Below, piece by piece: positions 1-8,448 of a DNA stretch of 64,000 nucleotides. Position 1 is the first letter of the stretch. The number at the start of each line of letters is the position of its first letter. The position numbers and the translations under genes were made by a program. The DNA is from Candidatus Limnocylindrales bacterium (lineage in GTDB: Bacteria > Chloroflexota > Limnocylindria > Limnocylindrales > CSP1-4): NCBI GenBank assembly GCA_050008515.1, contig JBEKMM010000003.1:212394-276393 (forward strand), given 5' to 3'. The notes under the pieces are model-generated. The model saw nothing but the letters and a program-made list of their open reading frames with translations, ran no database searches and was not told where the DNA came from.

Positions 1-95
1 TGTCGGCAGTCAAGAAGCCCTAGGCTTGCGCCCATCGTTCGAAGTCCCGGAGCGCCAGGTCGCCTGACCTGGCGCTTCTGATTCGGAGGCCAGGC

Positions 96-758
96 GTGTC
101 GGACCCTCGAGCCCAAGCCCGGGAGCTCGCCCGCCGAGCGATTGCTCGCGGCGACGTGACCGGCTGGTTCGAGCAGCTATACGCCGAGTCGGAGCGCGAC
201 GGCTTCCACATCTCATGGGTCGATCTCGAACCGAACCCGTACCTTGTCGAGTGGCTGCGACGCCGGCCGGCTCCGTTGGAGGGTCGCGCTCTCGTCGTCG
301 GCTGCGGCTACGGCGACGACTCGGAGCTGCTGGCCACAGCCAGCCTGGACGTGACCGCCTTCGACGTCTCGCCCTCGGCGATCGCGCGCTGTCGGGCCCG
401 CTTCCCCGACTCGACCGTGCGCTACGAGATCGCCAACGCGTTGCGCCCGCCCCCCGGCTGGCGGCGCGCCTTCGACTTCGTCTTCGAGGCCTACACCGTC
501 CAGGTCCTGCCCGGCGAAGCTCGAGCCGCCTGCGCCCGATCGATCGGCAGCTTCGTTGCCCCGGGCGAGATCCTGCTCGCGGTGGCTCGGAGCCGCCGGC
601 CGGAGGACCCGGAGGGCCGGATGCCCTGGCCGCTAACGCGGGCCGAACTCGATGAGTTCGCCGCCCCTGGCCTGGAGCTGGTCCAGCTCGATGAGGTGCT
701 GGAACCGGGCAGACCGCCCGTCCCGAGGTTCGTGGCGGAGTTCACCGCGCCGCGGTAG
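96..758 (+). CDS. Class I SAM-dependent methyltransferase (TPMT-like)
   Basis: GTG-start ORF of 220 aa. Carries SAM-binding motif I 'ALVVGCGYGDDSELLA' and the downstream 'FDFVFEAYTV' acidic/hydrophobic strands typical of small-molecule methyltransferases. Confidence 0.8.
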   Translation: MSDPRAQARELARRAIARGDVTGWFEQLYAESERDGFHISWVDLEPNPYLVEWLRRRPAPLEGRALVVGCGYGDDSELLATASLDVTAFDVSPSAIARCRARFPDSTVRYEIANALRPPPGWRRAFDFVFEAYTVQVLPGEARAACARSIGSFVAPGEILLAVARSRRPEDPEGRMPWPLTRAELDEFAAPGLELVQLDEVLEPGRPPVPRFVAEFTAPR

Positions 759-1075
759 CGGCGGTCGCGTCGCCGCCCCAGAGCCGCTTCGAGAAGCGCT
801 TCGAGAAGCGCTTGAACGTGTGCTCGAAGCCGACGCTCTCGGCGTGCGATTCGATCGCATGGCGTATCTCTATCTGCGTGACGCAAGCGCAATTCGAGCC
901 ACGATCTTCAAGTCTCGTCGCGCCCGGCCGGCGATGCACGGAACGTCCATCCGGCCTCCATCGCCACTCCACCGGCGTTCCATGTCCAGAGCCGAGATTC
1001 ATTCTCGACCGGGCGGCCCGAATCGCCACCGGGCTCCAAAACGAGCCGCCGGGCTTGGACAGCCAGGAGATCGCG

Positions 1076-1336
1076 ATGAACTCGATCCATCGCATAGGTG
1101 TGACTATCGCCAGTTTCGCCACCGTGGCCACAGTGGCCGGAGCCTTCGTCATTCAGGGCTACGTGGCCGGGCAGCAGGCCGAGCAGGCCATTGCCCAGGT
1201 GAAGGCCCCTATGACCCCCCAGCTCATCTACGTCAATCCCGTGCCGACACCGCAGCCGCCACCGCCGGCCCAGCAGCCGCAGGTCATCCATATCGTTGTG
1301 GCCGGCTACGGCGACGACGGAGGGCCCGACGGCTAG
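1076..1336 (+). CDS. Small bitopic membrane protein, paralog 1 (unknown family)
   Basis: Internal ATG at 1076, preceded by AGGAGA at 1064-1069. N-terminal TM helix 'MNSIHRIGVTIASFATVATVAGAFVI', then a Pro-rich tail. Near-identical N-terminus to the ORF at 1545. Confidence 0.6.
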   Translation: MNSIHRIGVTIASFATVATVAGAFVIQGYVAGQQAEQAIAQVKAPMTPQLIYVNPVPTPQPPPPAQQPQVIHIVVAGYGDDGGPDG

Positions 1337-1544
1337 CGATATCGAAATCTCGATCTCAACACCGCAGCGATGACCCCATCTTCACGTTCTGTCTCGCCTG
1401 GCGCGTGCTCCACCGAACCTCCACCCAGCCTACATCGCCACTCCACGGTCGTTTCATCGCGGGCACGGATATTTACTTTCGGTCTAAGTGATGGTTTCTC
1501 CGCCACCAGGGGACTCCATCAGCGGACGAGATGAGGTGAACGCC

Positions 1545-1865
1545 ATGAACTCGATCCACCGCATTGGTGTGACCATCGCCGGTTTCGCCACTGTCGCCAC
1601 GGTGGCCGGAGCCTTCGTCGTTGAAGGCTACACAGCCGCGCAGAAGGCCGCGGCTACCGCGACGGCGCCAACGGCGGCGGAGGATCCCACGGCGGACCCG
1701 ACGATGGACCTCGCCCCCCAGACGATCTACATCAACCCGGTCCCGACCCCGGCCGTCATCCAAGTGGTCCAGACGCCCCCGCCGGGTCAGAAGCCGCCCG
1801 TCGTCCACGTGATCGTGCCCGCCCCGCCCGGCGGCGACGACGACAACGGAGGGTCGGACGACTGA
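1545..1865 (+). CDS. Small bitopic membrane protein, paralog 2 (unknown family)
   Basis: ATG at 1545 preceded by GAGGTGA. Sequence 'MNSIHRIGVTIAGFATVATVAGAFVV' followed by a Pro-rich ectodomain and an acidic Gly/Asp tail. Its stop TGA (1863-1865) overlaps the next ATG (1865). Confidence 0.65.
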   Translation: MNSIHRIGVTIAGFATVATVAGAFVVEGYTAAQKAAATATAPTAAEDPTADPTMDLAPQTIYINPVPTPAVIQVVQTPPPGQKPPVVHVIVPAPPGGDDDNGGSDD

Positions 1866-2290
1866 TGGACGAGATCGATGCCCGCCCGATCGAGCTCTCA
1901 CCCCTGATTCGGAGAGCGCCCACGGCTTCGCCGACCGCCCACGCACCCAAGGCCAAGCCCGATGCTCGACCGATGCGCATCGCCCTGGGGGCCGGCGGTC
2001 TCGCCGCCTTCTCGGCCCTGTTGTCCGCGATCGTCATGCCCGCCAGGCCGCCCGTTGTCGTGCTGAACGGCGACGCTCAGCAGGCGGCTCCGGCCGCGAC
2101 CGGAACCCCGATCGTCGCCCAGCGACCGGTTCAGTACATCCAGCTCCAGCCAGGCCAGACGGCACCTCCAGGTGCCACGGTCGTCGACCCATCCGGTCCC
2201 CTGCCGACCGCGGTCGTGGTCACGGTCCCCGCGCCGGCCCAGAAGCCGATCGTCGTCAAGACGACCCAGTCGGGCAGGGTCGTCCCGTGA
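1865..2290 (+). CDS. Single-pass membrane protein, distant paralog of the two preceding mini-proteins
   Basis: 141 aa with one TM helix ('IALGAGGLAAFSALLSAIVM'). The Pro-rich ectodomain repeats the strand pattern 'VQYIQLQP...PIVVKTT'. Start overlaps the upstream stop, and its own stop overlaps the apbE GTG (GTGA at 2287-2290). Confidence 0.55.
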   Translation: MDEIDARPIELSPLIRRAPTASPTAHAPKAKPDARPMRIALGAGGLAAFSALLSAIVMPARPPVVVLNGDAQQAAPAATGTPIVAQRPVQYIQLQPGQTAPPGATVVDPSGPLPTAVVVTVPAPAQKPIVVKTTQSGRVVP

Positions 2291-3315
2291 TCGCCGAGCG
2301 GGACCTTCGAGTTCCCCGGGCGCGGCTGGGCGGCGTTACGAGAGCGACCGTCCAGCGGCAGGCCGCGGCCACCGACCCGATAGTTCCTTTCAGCTACGCC
2401 ACGACATCGATGGGCGGGCGGCTCATCGTCCACCTGGACGCGGACGCGGCGCGATCGGAGGAGGCGCTCGGGGCAGCTGCCGCTGCCGTCGAGCGGATCG
2501 AGAGCTGGGCGGCGCGACTCACCAGGCACTCCGATGCGTCGGACCTGTCTGCGCTGAACGCCGATCCGCGGGACGAAGTGCTGGTCCGTCCCACACTTGC
2601 CGCCGTCCTGCGGGCCGGCCGGACCGCCACATCACAAAGCGAGGGGCTGGCCGACATCACGCTCCTGGACGCCCGCCTGGCCGCCGAGGCCCTGACGGTC
2701 GAGCGGCCGGCAGCCGAGGAGGACGGGGTCGTCTCCCATGCCTTCGACTGGTCGATGGCACCTGGCCGCCTCGGGTCGGCAATCGTCCGGCGCCCACCGG
2801 GGCTTCGCTTCGATCTGGGCGGGATCGGCAAGGGTTGGATCGCCGATCGCGCGCTCCATCTACTCGCCGCGTGGCCGAGCGTCGTCATCGACGCCGACGG
2901 CGACCTCGCGATCCGCTGCGCTCCCGGCAGGACGTGGGAAGTGGCCGTAGAGGACCCCCGCACCCCGGGCACGTCGCTGGCGGTGCTTCGCCTGACGGCT
3001 CCGGATGGATTGCCCGCTCGTTGGGGAGTGGCCACGTCCGGAACCTCCGTCCACCGCTGGACCGTGGGCGGCCGCCCGCGTCATCACCTGATCGACCCGC
3101 GCACCGGCCTGCCGGCCGTCACCGACGTAGCCCAGGCCACGGTGATCACCGGCTCCGCACTGCGCGCCGAGGCGCTGGCCAAGGCCGCAATCATCGCCGG
3201 CAGCGTCCAAGGCTTCGCCCTCCTCGAGCGGGCCCGCGTCCGCGGCGCCGTGATCCTGACCGAGCGCGGCGAGACGCTCGCCCTTCCGCAGACGCTGCCG
3301 CTGCTGGGCAACTGA
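2287..3315 (+). CDS. apbE: FAD:protein FMN transferase (ApbE family)
   Basis: 342 aa with ApbE hallmarks 'FDLGGIGKGWIADRA', 'VATSGTSVHRW' and 'HHLIDPRTG'. No N-terminal signal peptide or lipobox is visible. Confidence 0.85.
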   Translation: MIAERDLRVPRARLGGVTRATVQRQAAATDPIVPFSYATTSMGGRLIVHLDADAARSEEALGAAAAAVERIESWAARLTRHSDASDLSALNADPRDEVLVRPTLAAVLRAGRTATSQSEGLADITLLDARLAAEALTVERPAAEEDGVVSHAFDWSMAPGRLGSAIVRRPPGLRFDLGGIGKGWIADRALHLLAAWPSVVIDADGDLAIRCAPGRTWEVAVEDPRTPGTSLAVLRLTAPDGLPARWGVATSGTSVHRWTVGGRPRHHLIDPRTGLPAVTDVAQATVITGSALRAEALAKAAIIAGSVQGFALLERARVRGAVILTERGETLALPQTLPLLGN

Positions 3316-3325
3316 GGTGGAACCC

Positions 3326-4294
3326 ATGCTGCCGCTCGACTCGAACCGAACGCCCCTCACTCCCCTGCCGGCGCGGTCGGTCGCCGGCCAGGATGCGGCG
3401 GGCCGCCCGATCCCTGCGCCGCGGGTCACTCGCGCTGCCGGCCCCGTCTACCGCGGCCTGCCCAGGCTCGTCCGCTTTGCCCTGTGGGTCGCGGCGGCCG
3501 TGGTCATCGGCGGCATCCTCGGCGCCACCGCCCCGACCGCGCTTCGCCGCCTGGGGGCGGTCGCTGCGCTGCAGCCGGGCCTCCTCGCCTGGTACACCGT
3601 CCGCGTCCTCGGCTTCCTCGCCTACCTGGTCGTCGCCGGCTCCGTCCTGTACGGCCTGCTGCTCTCGACCAAGATCCTCGACGCCATCGCCCATCGACCG
3701 GTGAGCTTCGCCCTGCACAAGGACCTGGCGATCGCCGGCTTCGTGCTGGCGATCCTCCACGCCGTCGTGCTGCTGGCCGACCAGAGCTTCGCCTTCACGC
3801 CGCGCGCCATCCTCGTCCCATTCGCCTCGCCCTACGCGGCCGTGTGGGTCGGAATAGGCCAGCTCACCTTCTACGGCCTGGCGGTGGTAACGGCGAGCTT
3901 CTACGTTCGCCGCCAGATCGGACAGCGGGCCTGGCGCCTGCTCCACTACCTGACCTTCCTGGTGTTCATCGGGGCCATCGGGCACGGCGTCATGTCCGGC
4001 TCCGATAGCGGGGCCGCCTGGGCTTTCTGGCTCTACCTGTTGCCCGGCGCCGCCGCCGTGTTCCTGCTCGTCTACCGGATCGTCGTCTCCATCGCCACCC
4101 GCCTCTCGCGCTCCGGCGTCGAGCAGCCGGCCGCTTCAAGTCCACTGATCACTCGCGCACCCCTTCCGATGCCGGGCGGCCGCGTCCCCTCCGGCCTCTC
4201 GACGACTCCGCTCGCGCCGCCGGCGTCGGGATTCGTTCGACGCGACGTCCGCAACCACTCCGCCGCCCCTGGAGGTCTCCGATGGCCTACGTGA
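3326..4294 (+). CDS. Ferric-reductase-like (YedZ/MsrQ-type) di-heme transmembrane protein
   Basis: About 6 TM helices. Four conserved-position His residues sit in TM helices (ALHKD, ILHAV, LLHYL, IGHGV). ATG at 3326 lies 5 nt after GAGGTGG; the ORF track starts at the GTG at 3317. Confidence 0.75.
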   Translation: MLPLDSNRTPLTPLPARSVAGQDAAGRPIPAPRVTRAAGPVYRGLPRLVRFALWVAAAVVIGGILGATAPTALRRLGAVAALQPGLLAWYTVRVLGFLAYLVVAGSVLYGLLLSTKILDAIAHRPVSFALHKDLAIAGFVLAILHAVVLLADQSFAFTPRAILVPFASPYAAVWVGIGQLTFYGLAVVTASFYVRRQIGQRAWRLLHYLTFLVFIGAIGHGVMSGSDSGAAWAFWLYLLPGAAAVFLLVYRIVVSIATRLSRSGVEQPAASSPLITRAPLPMPGGRVPSGLSTTPLAPPASGFVRRDVRNHSAAPGGLRWPT

Positions 4295-4578
4295 TCGCCG
4301 AACCCTGCATCGACAACATGGATCAGTCGTGCGTGGCGGTCTGCCCCGTCGACTGCATCACTTCGGACCCGAACGCCGACCGCAAGTTCTACATCGACCC
4401 GGACAACTGCATCGACTGCGGCTCGTGCGAGCAGGCGTGCCCCAACAAGGCCATCTTCCGGGCCGACAGCCTGCCGGCCGAGTGGGCCGGCTTCGCCTGG
4501 GTGGACGCGACCTGGTACGCGGATCCGGCCCAGGCTCGCGCCGCGATCGACGCCTACCTCCCCGTTCCGGCCGCCTGA
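4282..4578 (+). CDS. fdxA: 7Fe ferredoxin (3Fe-4S + 4Fe-4S)
   Basis: 'AYVIAEPCIDNMDQSCVAVCPVDCI' and 'CIDCGSCEQACPNKAI' cysteine clusters. GGAGG RBS. Overlaps the upstream gene's 3' end by 13 nt. Confidence 0.9.
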   Translation: MAYVIAEPCIDNMDQSCVAVCPVDCITSDPNADRKFYIDPDNCIDCGSCEQACPNKAIFRADSLPAEWAGFAWVDATWYADPAQARAAIDAYLPVPAA

Positions 4579-4588
4579 GGACGAGACG

Positions 4589-5490
4589 ATGATTGCGCCA
4601 GCCCTCGACGCCGGGCGTAGTCCGCTCGGGCCCAGTCCGCTCGGGCCGTTCGCGGGCAGCGCGCCGATCGCGCCTCGTCCAGCCCGACGGCGCGAGATCG
4701 CGCCCAACGCGACCCTCGTCGACCGCATCGACCTCACCCCGTCGGTGGCTCGCTTCGTCGTCCGACCCGACGGCGGCGTGCCGCCATTCTCGCCCGGCAA
4801 GTACTTCGCCCTCGGGCTGGAGGTCGAAGGGCTCTCCTGCAACGTCCCTATTCGACGGCGTCACCCGCCGGAGAGACCGAGGCGGTCGAGTTCCTGATCC
4901 GGCGCGTCGGCACGGGCACTTTCACGCCCCACCTCTGGGGCATGACCCCGGGCGGACGCGTCTGGCTCGGGCCGCCCAAAGGGCTCTTCACGCTCCGGCC
5001 CGGCGACGAGCGAACGCATCTCTTCGTCTCGACCGGCACGGGCCTCGCGCCGTTCATCTCCATGACGGAGGCGCTCCTGCGCTCGCGCAACGCCAACGAC
5101 GCCGACGCGGCCCCCGACGCGGCAACGGGCACCGGGCTCACAACCCGACCGAGGATCGTCGTCGTCCACGGGGTCTCGTACGCCGCCGAGCTGGCCTACC
5201 GCGATCGGCTCGAAGCCTGGTCGGCGACCGGCCGCCTCTCGTACGTGCCCACCGTCTCGCGTCCGGCCGATCCCGCCAACGCGGGCTGGAGCGGCGCCAC
5301 CGGACGAACCGAGACGATCCTGGGACGCGTCTGCGACCAGCTCGCCCTCGATCCGCACGACACGGTCGCCTACATCTGCGGTAACCCCGAGATGATCGAG
5401 GCGGCTGCGGAGATCCTCAGAGGGCGCCTCTGCCCGGAGTCCGCGATCGTTCGCGAGCACTACTGGACTGCCGCAGGGCCGGCGAGATAG
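4589..5490 (+). pseudogene. fpr: Ferredoxin-NADP+ reductase, interrupted by a -1 frameshift at the G-run 4829-4831
   Basis: Frame A (4589-) encodes the FAD-domain N-terminus '...SPGKYFALGLEVEG'. The frame one nucleotide back continues 'ALLQRPYSTASPAGETEAVEFLIRRVGTGTFTPHLW...STGTGLAPFISM...YICGNPEMI' through to 5490. Confidence 0.75.
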
Positions 5491-5567
5491 ACGCCCAGCC
5501 GGCTTCTTTCGCGGTCGAGGCACTCTCCGCCGCGCCGTCCGGCGTCCCGCTGGTCTATCGTGTGCCC

Positions 5568-6344
5568 ATGGGATCACGGATCCTCGTCGCCGACGACGAG
5601 CCTCACATCCGCGAAGTCATCCGCGCCTACCTGGAGCGTGAGAGCTACGAGGTGCTCGAAGCTTCCGACGGCGAGGTCGCCCTGGAGCTTGCGCGGACGG
5701 CCGGCCTGGACCTGCTCGTGCTCGACGTCATGCTGCCGCTGCGCTCCGGGTTCGACGTGCTGCGGACGCTGCGGAGCGAAGGCTCGGGTGTCGGAGTGGT
5801 CATGCTGACCGCTCGTGACGACGTCATCGACCGAGTCGCAGGACTGGAGCTGGGCGCCGACGACTACGTCACAAAGCCGTTCGAGCCGCGGGAGGTCGTG
5901 GCCCGCGTCGGTGCCGTCCTGCGGCGGTTCGGCCGCTCCGGGCTGGCGGCTCAGGCAGGGAGCGGCGCCTCTTCGACCATGCCCGCCGCGGCCGTGGGCG
6001 GCGGTCCAGCCGCGCCGATGGCGTCCCGGCCCACGAACGTGCTCTTCGATCTGACGATCGATCTGGACGGCCGCGAGATCTCGCGCAGCGGCGCGGTCGT
6101 GCCGCTGACCCGAACTGAGCTGGACCTGCTGGCGGCGCTGGCCGAGCAGCCGGGTCGGGTCTGGACGCGCGAGCAGATCGGCCAGCGGGTCTTCGGCGAG
6201 TCGTTCGACGTCTTCGACCGGACGATCGACAGCCACATCAAGAACTTGCGCGCCAAGCTCGGCGCGCGTCCCGATGGCGGCGCCTACGTCGAGACCGTGC
6301 GCGGAGTAGGGTATCGCGCGGCTCGATCGGCAGAGCCGGGCTGA
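5568..6344 (+). CDS. OmpR-family response regulator
   Basis: REC domain 'RILVADDEPHIREV...LLVLDVMLP' plus a winged-helix C-terminus 'RTIDSHIKNLRAKL...VETVRGVGYR'. Has an unusually long Ala/Gly-rich interdomain linker. Confidence 0.9.
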   Translation: MGSRILVADDEPHIREVIRAYLERESYEVLEASDGEVALELARTAGLDLLVLDVMLPLRSGFDVLRTLRSEGSGVGVVMLTARDDVIDRVAGLELGADDYVTKPFEPREVVARVGAVLRRFGRSGLAAQAGSGASSTMPAAAVGGGPAAPMASRPTNVLFDLTIDLDGREISRSGAVVPLTRTELDLLAALAEQPGRVWTREQIGQRVFGESFDVFDRTIDSHIKNLRAKLGARPDGGAYVETVRGVGYRAARSAEPG

Positions 6345-6363
6345 GGCCGGGGGAGGGATTCAC

Positions 6364-7545
6364 ATGAGCCTGCGCGTGCGGATAGCGATCGGCTTCGCCC
6401 TGGTGGCCCTGGTCACAGCCGCTATCGTGGCTCTGGCTACGCCACCGATCGTCGGCCAGGGGTTCGCCGAGCTGGACAACGAGGGAGGCGGCGGAGCCGT
6501 GGCCACTGCCGGGGCGACGGCCGCTCCGAGCGACGACGACAGTGAAGCCGGGCAGCCGGCTCCCGCACCGCTCCCGGGCCAGGCACAGCAATCCACGATC
6601 CTGCGGTTGATGGTGGCCGCGGCGGCGGCTGCCGTGGGGGCTTCGCTGCTGGGCCTGCTCGGCGCGGGGCGGCTGGTCCGACCTCTCACCCGACTCGAGC
6701 AGGCGGCCTCGGGTGTGGCTCGCGGCGACCTGACGCGGCGATCCGGGCTGGCGGATCGCAGCGATGAGTTCGGTCAGCTGGGCCGGACCTTCGATTCGAT
6801 GGCCGGCGAGCTGGAGCGCGCCGAGGAGACGAGGCGGGGCTTCCTCCAGGACGCCGCCCATGAGCTCAGGACGCCGCTGGCGGTGATCGACGCGACGTCG
6901 AGCGCGATCCTCGACGGCGTGTACACGCCCGACCGCCGGCACATCGAGACGATCCGCGATCAGTCGCGGGTCCTGGCCCGGATCGTCGACGATCTGCGCA
7001 CGATCAGTCTGGCCGAGGGCGGCCACCTGCCGCTGGAACGACGGACGGTGGACGTTGCCGCGACCCTGTCGTCCGTGGCCGCGGGCTTCGAGGCGCGGGC
7101 AGCCGCCGGCAGCGTGACTATCGCCGTGGATGCGCCGGGCGGTCTGGCAGTGGACGCCGATCCGGATCGAGTCCGCCAGATCGTGACGGCGCTGGTCGAC
7201 AACGCGCTCCGCCACACGCCCGATGGGGGCACGGTGCGGCTGGTTGCGGCTCCGGCTGCCGTGGCAAAGGGACGCGGTGTGGGGCGGCGCGCAGTCCGCA
7301 TCTCCGTCGAGGACACCGGGCCGGGCATCCCGCCCGAGGCCCTGCCCCGCGTCTTCGAGCGGTTCTTCCAGGCGGACCCATCGCACAGTCGCGGCGCCGG
7401 CACGAGCGGCCTGGGCCTGTCGATCGTGCAGGCGCTCGCGCAAGCCCAGGGCGGCCGGGCCGGCGCCGAGAATGGACCGAGCGGCGGAGCGCGGCTCTGG
7501 TTCGAGCTTCCGTCTGCTTCGGGCGGCGCGGGCGCCACGGCCTGA
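6364..7545 (+). CDS. Sensor histidine kinase (2 TM, HAMP, HisKA, HATPase_c)
   Basis: H-box 'AAHELRTPLAVI', N-box 'DNALRHTP', G-boxes 'VEDTGPGIP' and 'GTSGLGLSIV'. GGGAGGG RBS. Confidence 0.9.
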   Translation: MSLRVRIAIGFALVALVTAAIVALATPPIVGQGFAELDNEGGGGAVATAGATAAPSDDDSEAGQPAPAPLPGQAQQSTILRLMVAAAAAAVGASLLGLLGAGRLVRPLTRLEQAASGVARGDLTRRSGLADRSDEFGQLGRTFDSMAGELERAEETRRGFLQDAAHELRTPLAVIDATSSAILDGVYTPDRRHIETIRDQSRVLARIVDDLRTISLAEGGHLPLERRTVDVAATLSSVAAGFEARAAAGSVTIAVDAPGGLAVDADPDRVRQIVTALVDNALRHTPDGGTVRLVAAPAAVAKGRGVGRRAVRISVEDTGPGIPPEALPRVFERFFQADPSHSRGAGTSGLGLSIVQALAQAQGGRAGAENGPSGGARLWFELPSASGGAGATA

Positions 7546-7781
7546 GCCGTGCGGGACATTCGCGAGGGTGTAGTAAGGGCATGGCGGTCGGGAGCGCATG
7601 TGGCGATACTGAAGCGCCGGCCGTGGTCGGGAGGCGTGGTGATTGCCGCCACGCAGGCGCCGATCGACCGTCCGGCGGGTCATCCTGCGCGACCGGCAGG
7701 CGCTACCGAAACGGGCGGGTCTTGCCGGGCTAATACTATCGAGGCAATCCAAAGCGCCGCGAACAGCCGGAGGGCTCAGAG

Positions 7782-8393
7782 ATGATGGGCTGGGGCTACT
7801 CTCGACCGGTCGAACCGCTCGGCCCTCCCGGTCCGATCGGTCCGGAGAGAACCGAGACGATCGAGCTCGTGGGTCCCCACCTGCGAGTCTCGGGCGAGAT
7901 CTCGCTTCTTCGTTTCACCCGGCTGTCGGATCTGATCAACCACAGCCGTGGCTTCGTCAAGCTGACCGGCGCCCGGCTCCTGCGACGCAACGGCAACCCA
8001 ACCGGCATGGTCGTGGAGGAGCTGATGGTCAACCAGGACGAGATCACCTTCGTCGGCCAGAAAAAACAGGACGTCTCCACGGCCGAAACCGGCCTCGTCG
8101 GAGGCATGGACCGGCCGCTGATGCCGCGGGTGCCGCGCGAGCTCGTGATCTTCACGCCCGGCCATACGCTGACCGGAACCATCCACCTCTTCGAGGAGAC
8201 GGACATCGCCACGTTCGTGGACTCGCCCGACCCGCGCTTCGTAGCCATGACCGCGGTCACGGCGCGCTCGCTGGCCGATCGCCGGGTCATCAGCCATTTC
8301 GGGCTGGTACTCGTGAACCGAACGCAGATGACGGCGGCATCGCTGCGCGAGCTTGCCGGCGGCACCGACGAAACGGGCATCGCAGTCGACTGA
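7782..8393 (+). CDS. Hypothetical protein with an internal two-fold repeat
   Basis: 203 aa with a GGAGGG RBS. Two roughly 80-aa halves have similar strand patterns ('LRVSGEISLL...VNQDEITFV' and 'HTLTGTIHLF...LVNRTQMTA'). No family recognised. Confidence 0.55.
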   Translation: MMGWGYSRPVEPLGPPGPIGPERTETIELVGPHLRVSGEISLLRFTRLSDLINHSRGFVKLTGARLLRRNGNPTGMVVEELMVNQDEITFVGQKKQDVSTAETGLVGGMDRPLMPRVPRELVIFTPGHTLTGTIHLFEETDIATFVDSPDPRFVAMTAVTARSLADRRVISHFGLVLVNRTQMTAASLRELAGGTDETGIAVD

Positions 8394-8448
8394 GGCCGCG
8401 GCGGGAAGACGGGGAGCTCACGCAGCAGCGCGGATCAGTCGGCGGGCC

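Noticed and set aside
2240-2290. Flavinylation site at the C-terminus of the 141-aa protein (TTQSGRV)
   Set aside because: It does not match the [DN]xx[ST]G[AS][ST] consensus: Arg follows Gly, and there is no FMN_bind-like domain around it. It is kept only as a hypothesis to test.
2172-3704. 510-aa ORF overlapping apbE; similar long frames at 6238-7752, 22807-24228, 25377-27578, 55625-57733 and 61149-63506
   Set aside because: All overlap strongly supported genes in another frame or strand and show the R/P/G/A composition of non-coding frames in high-GC genomes.
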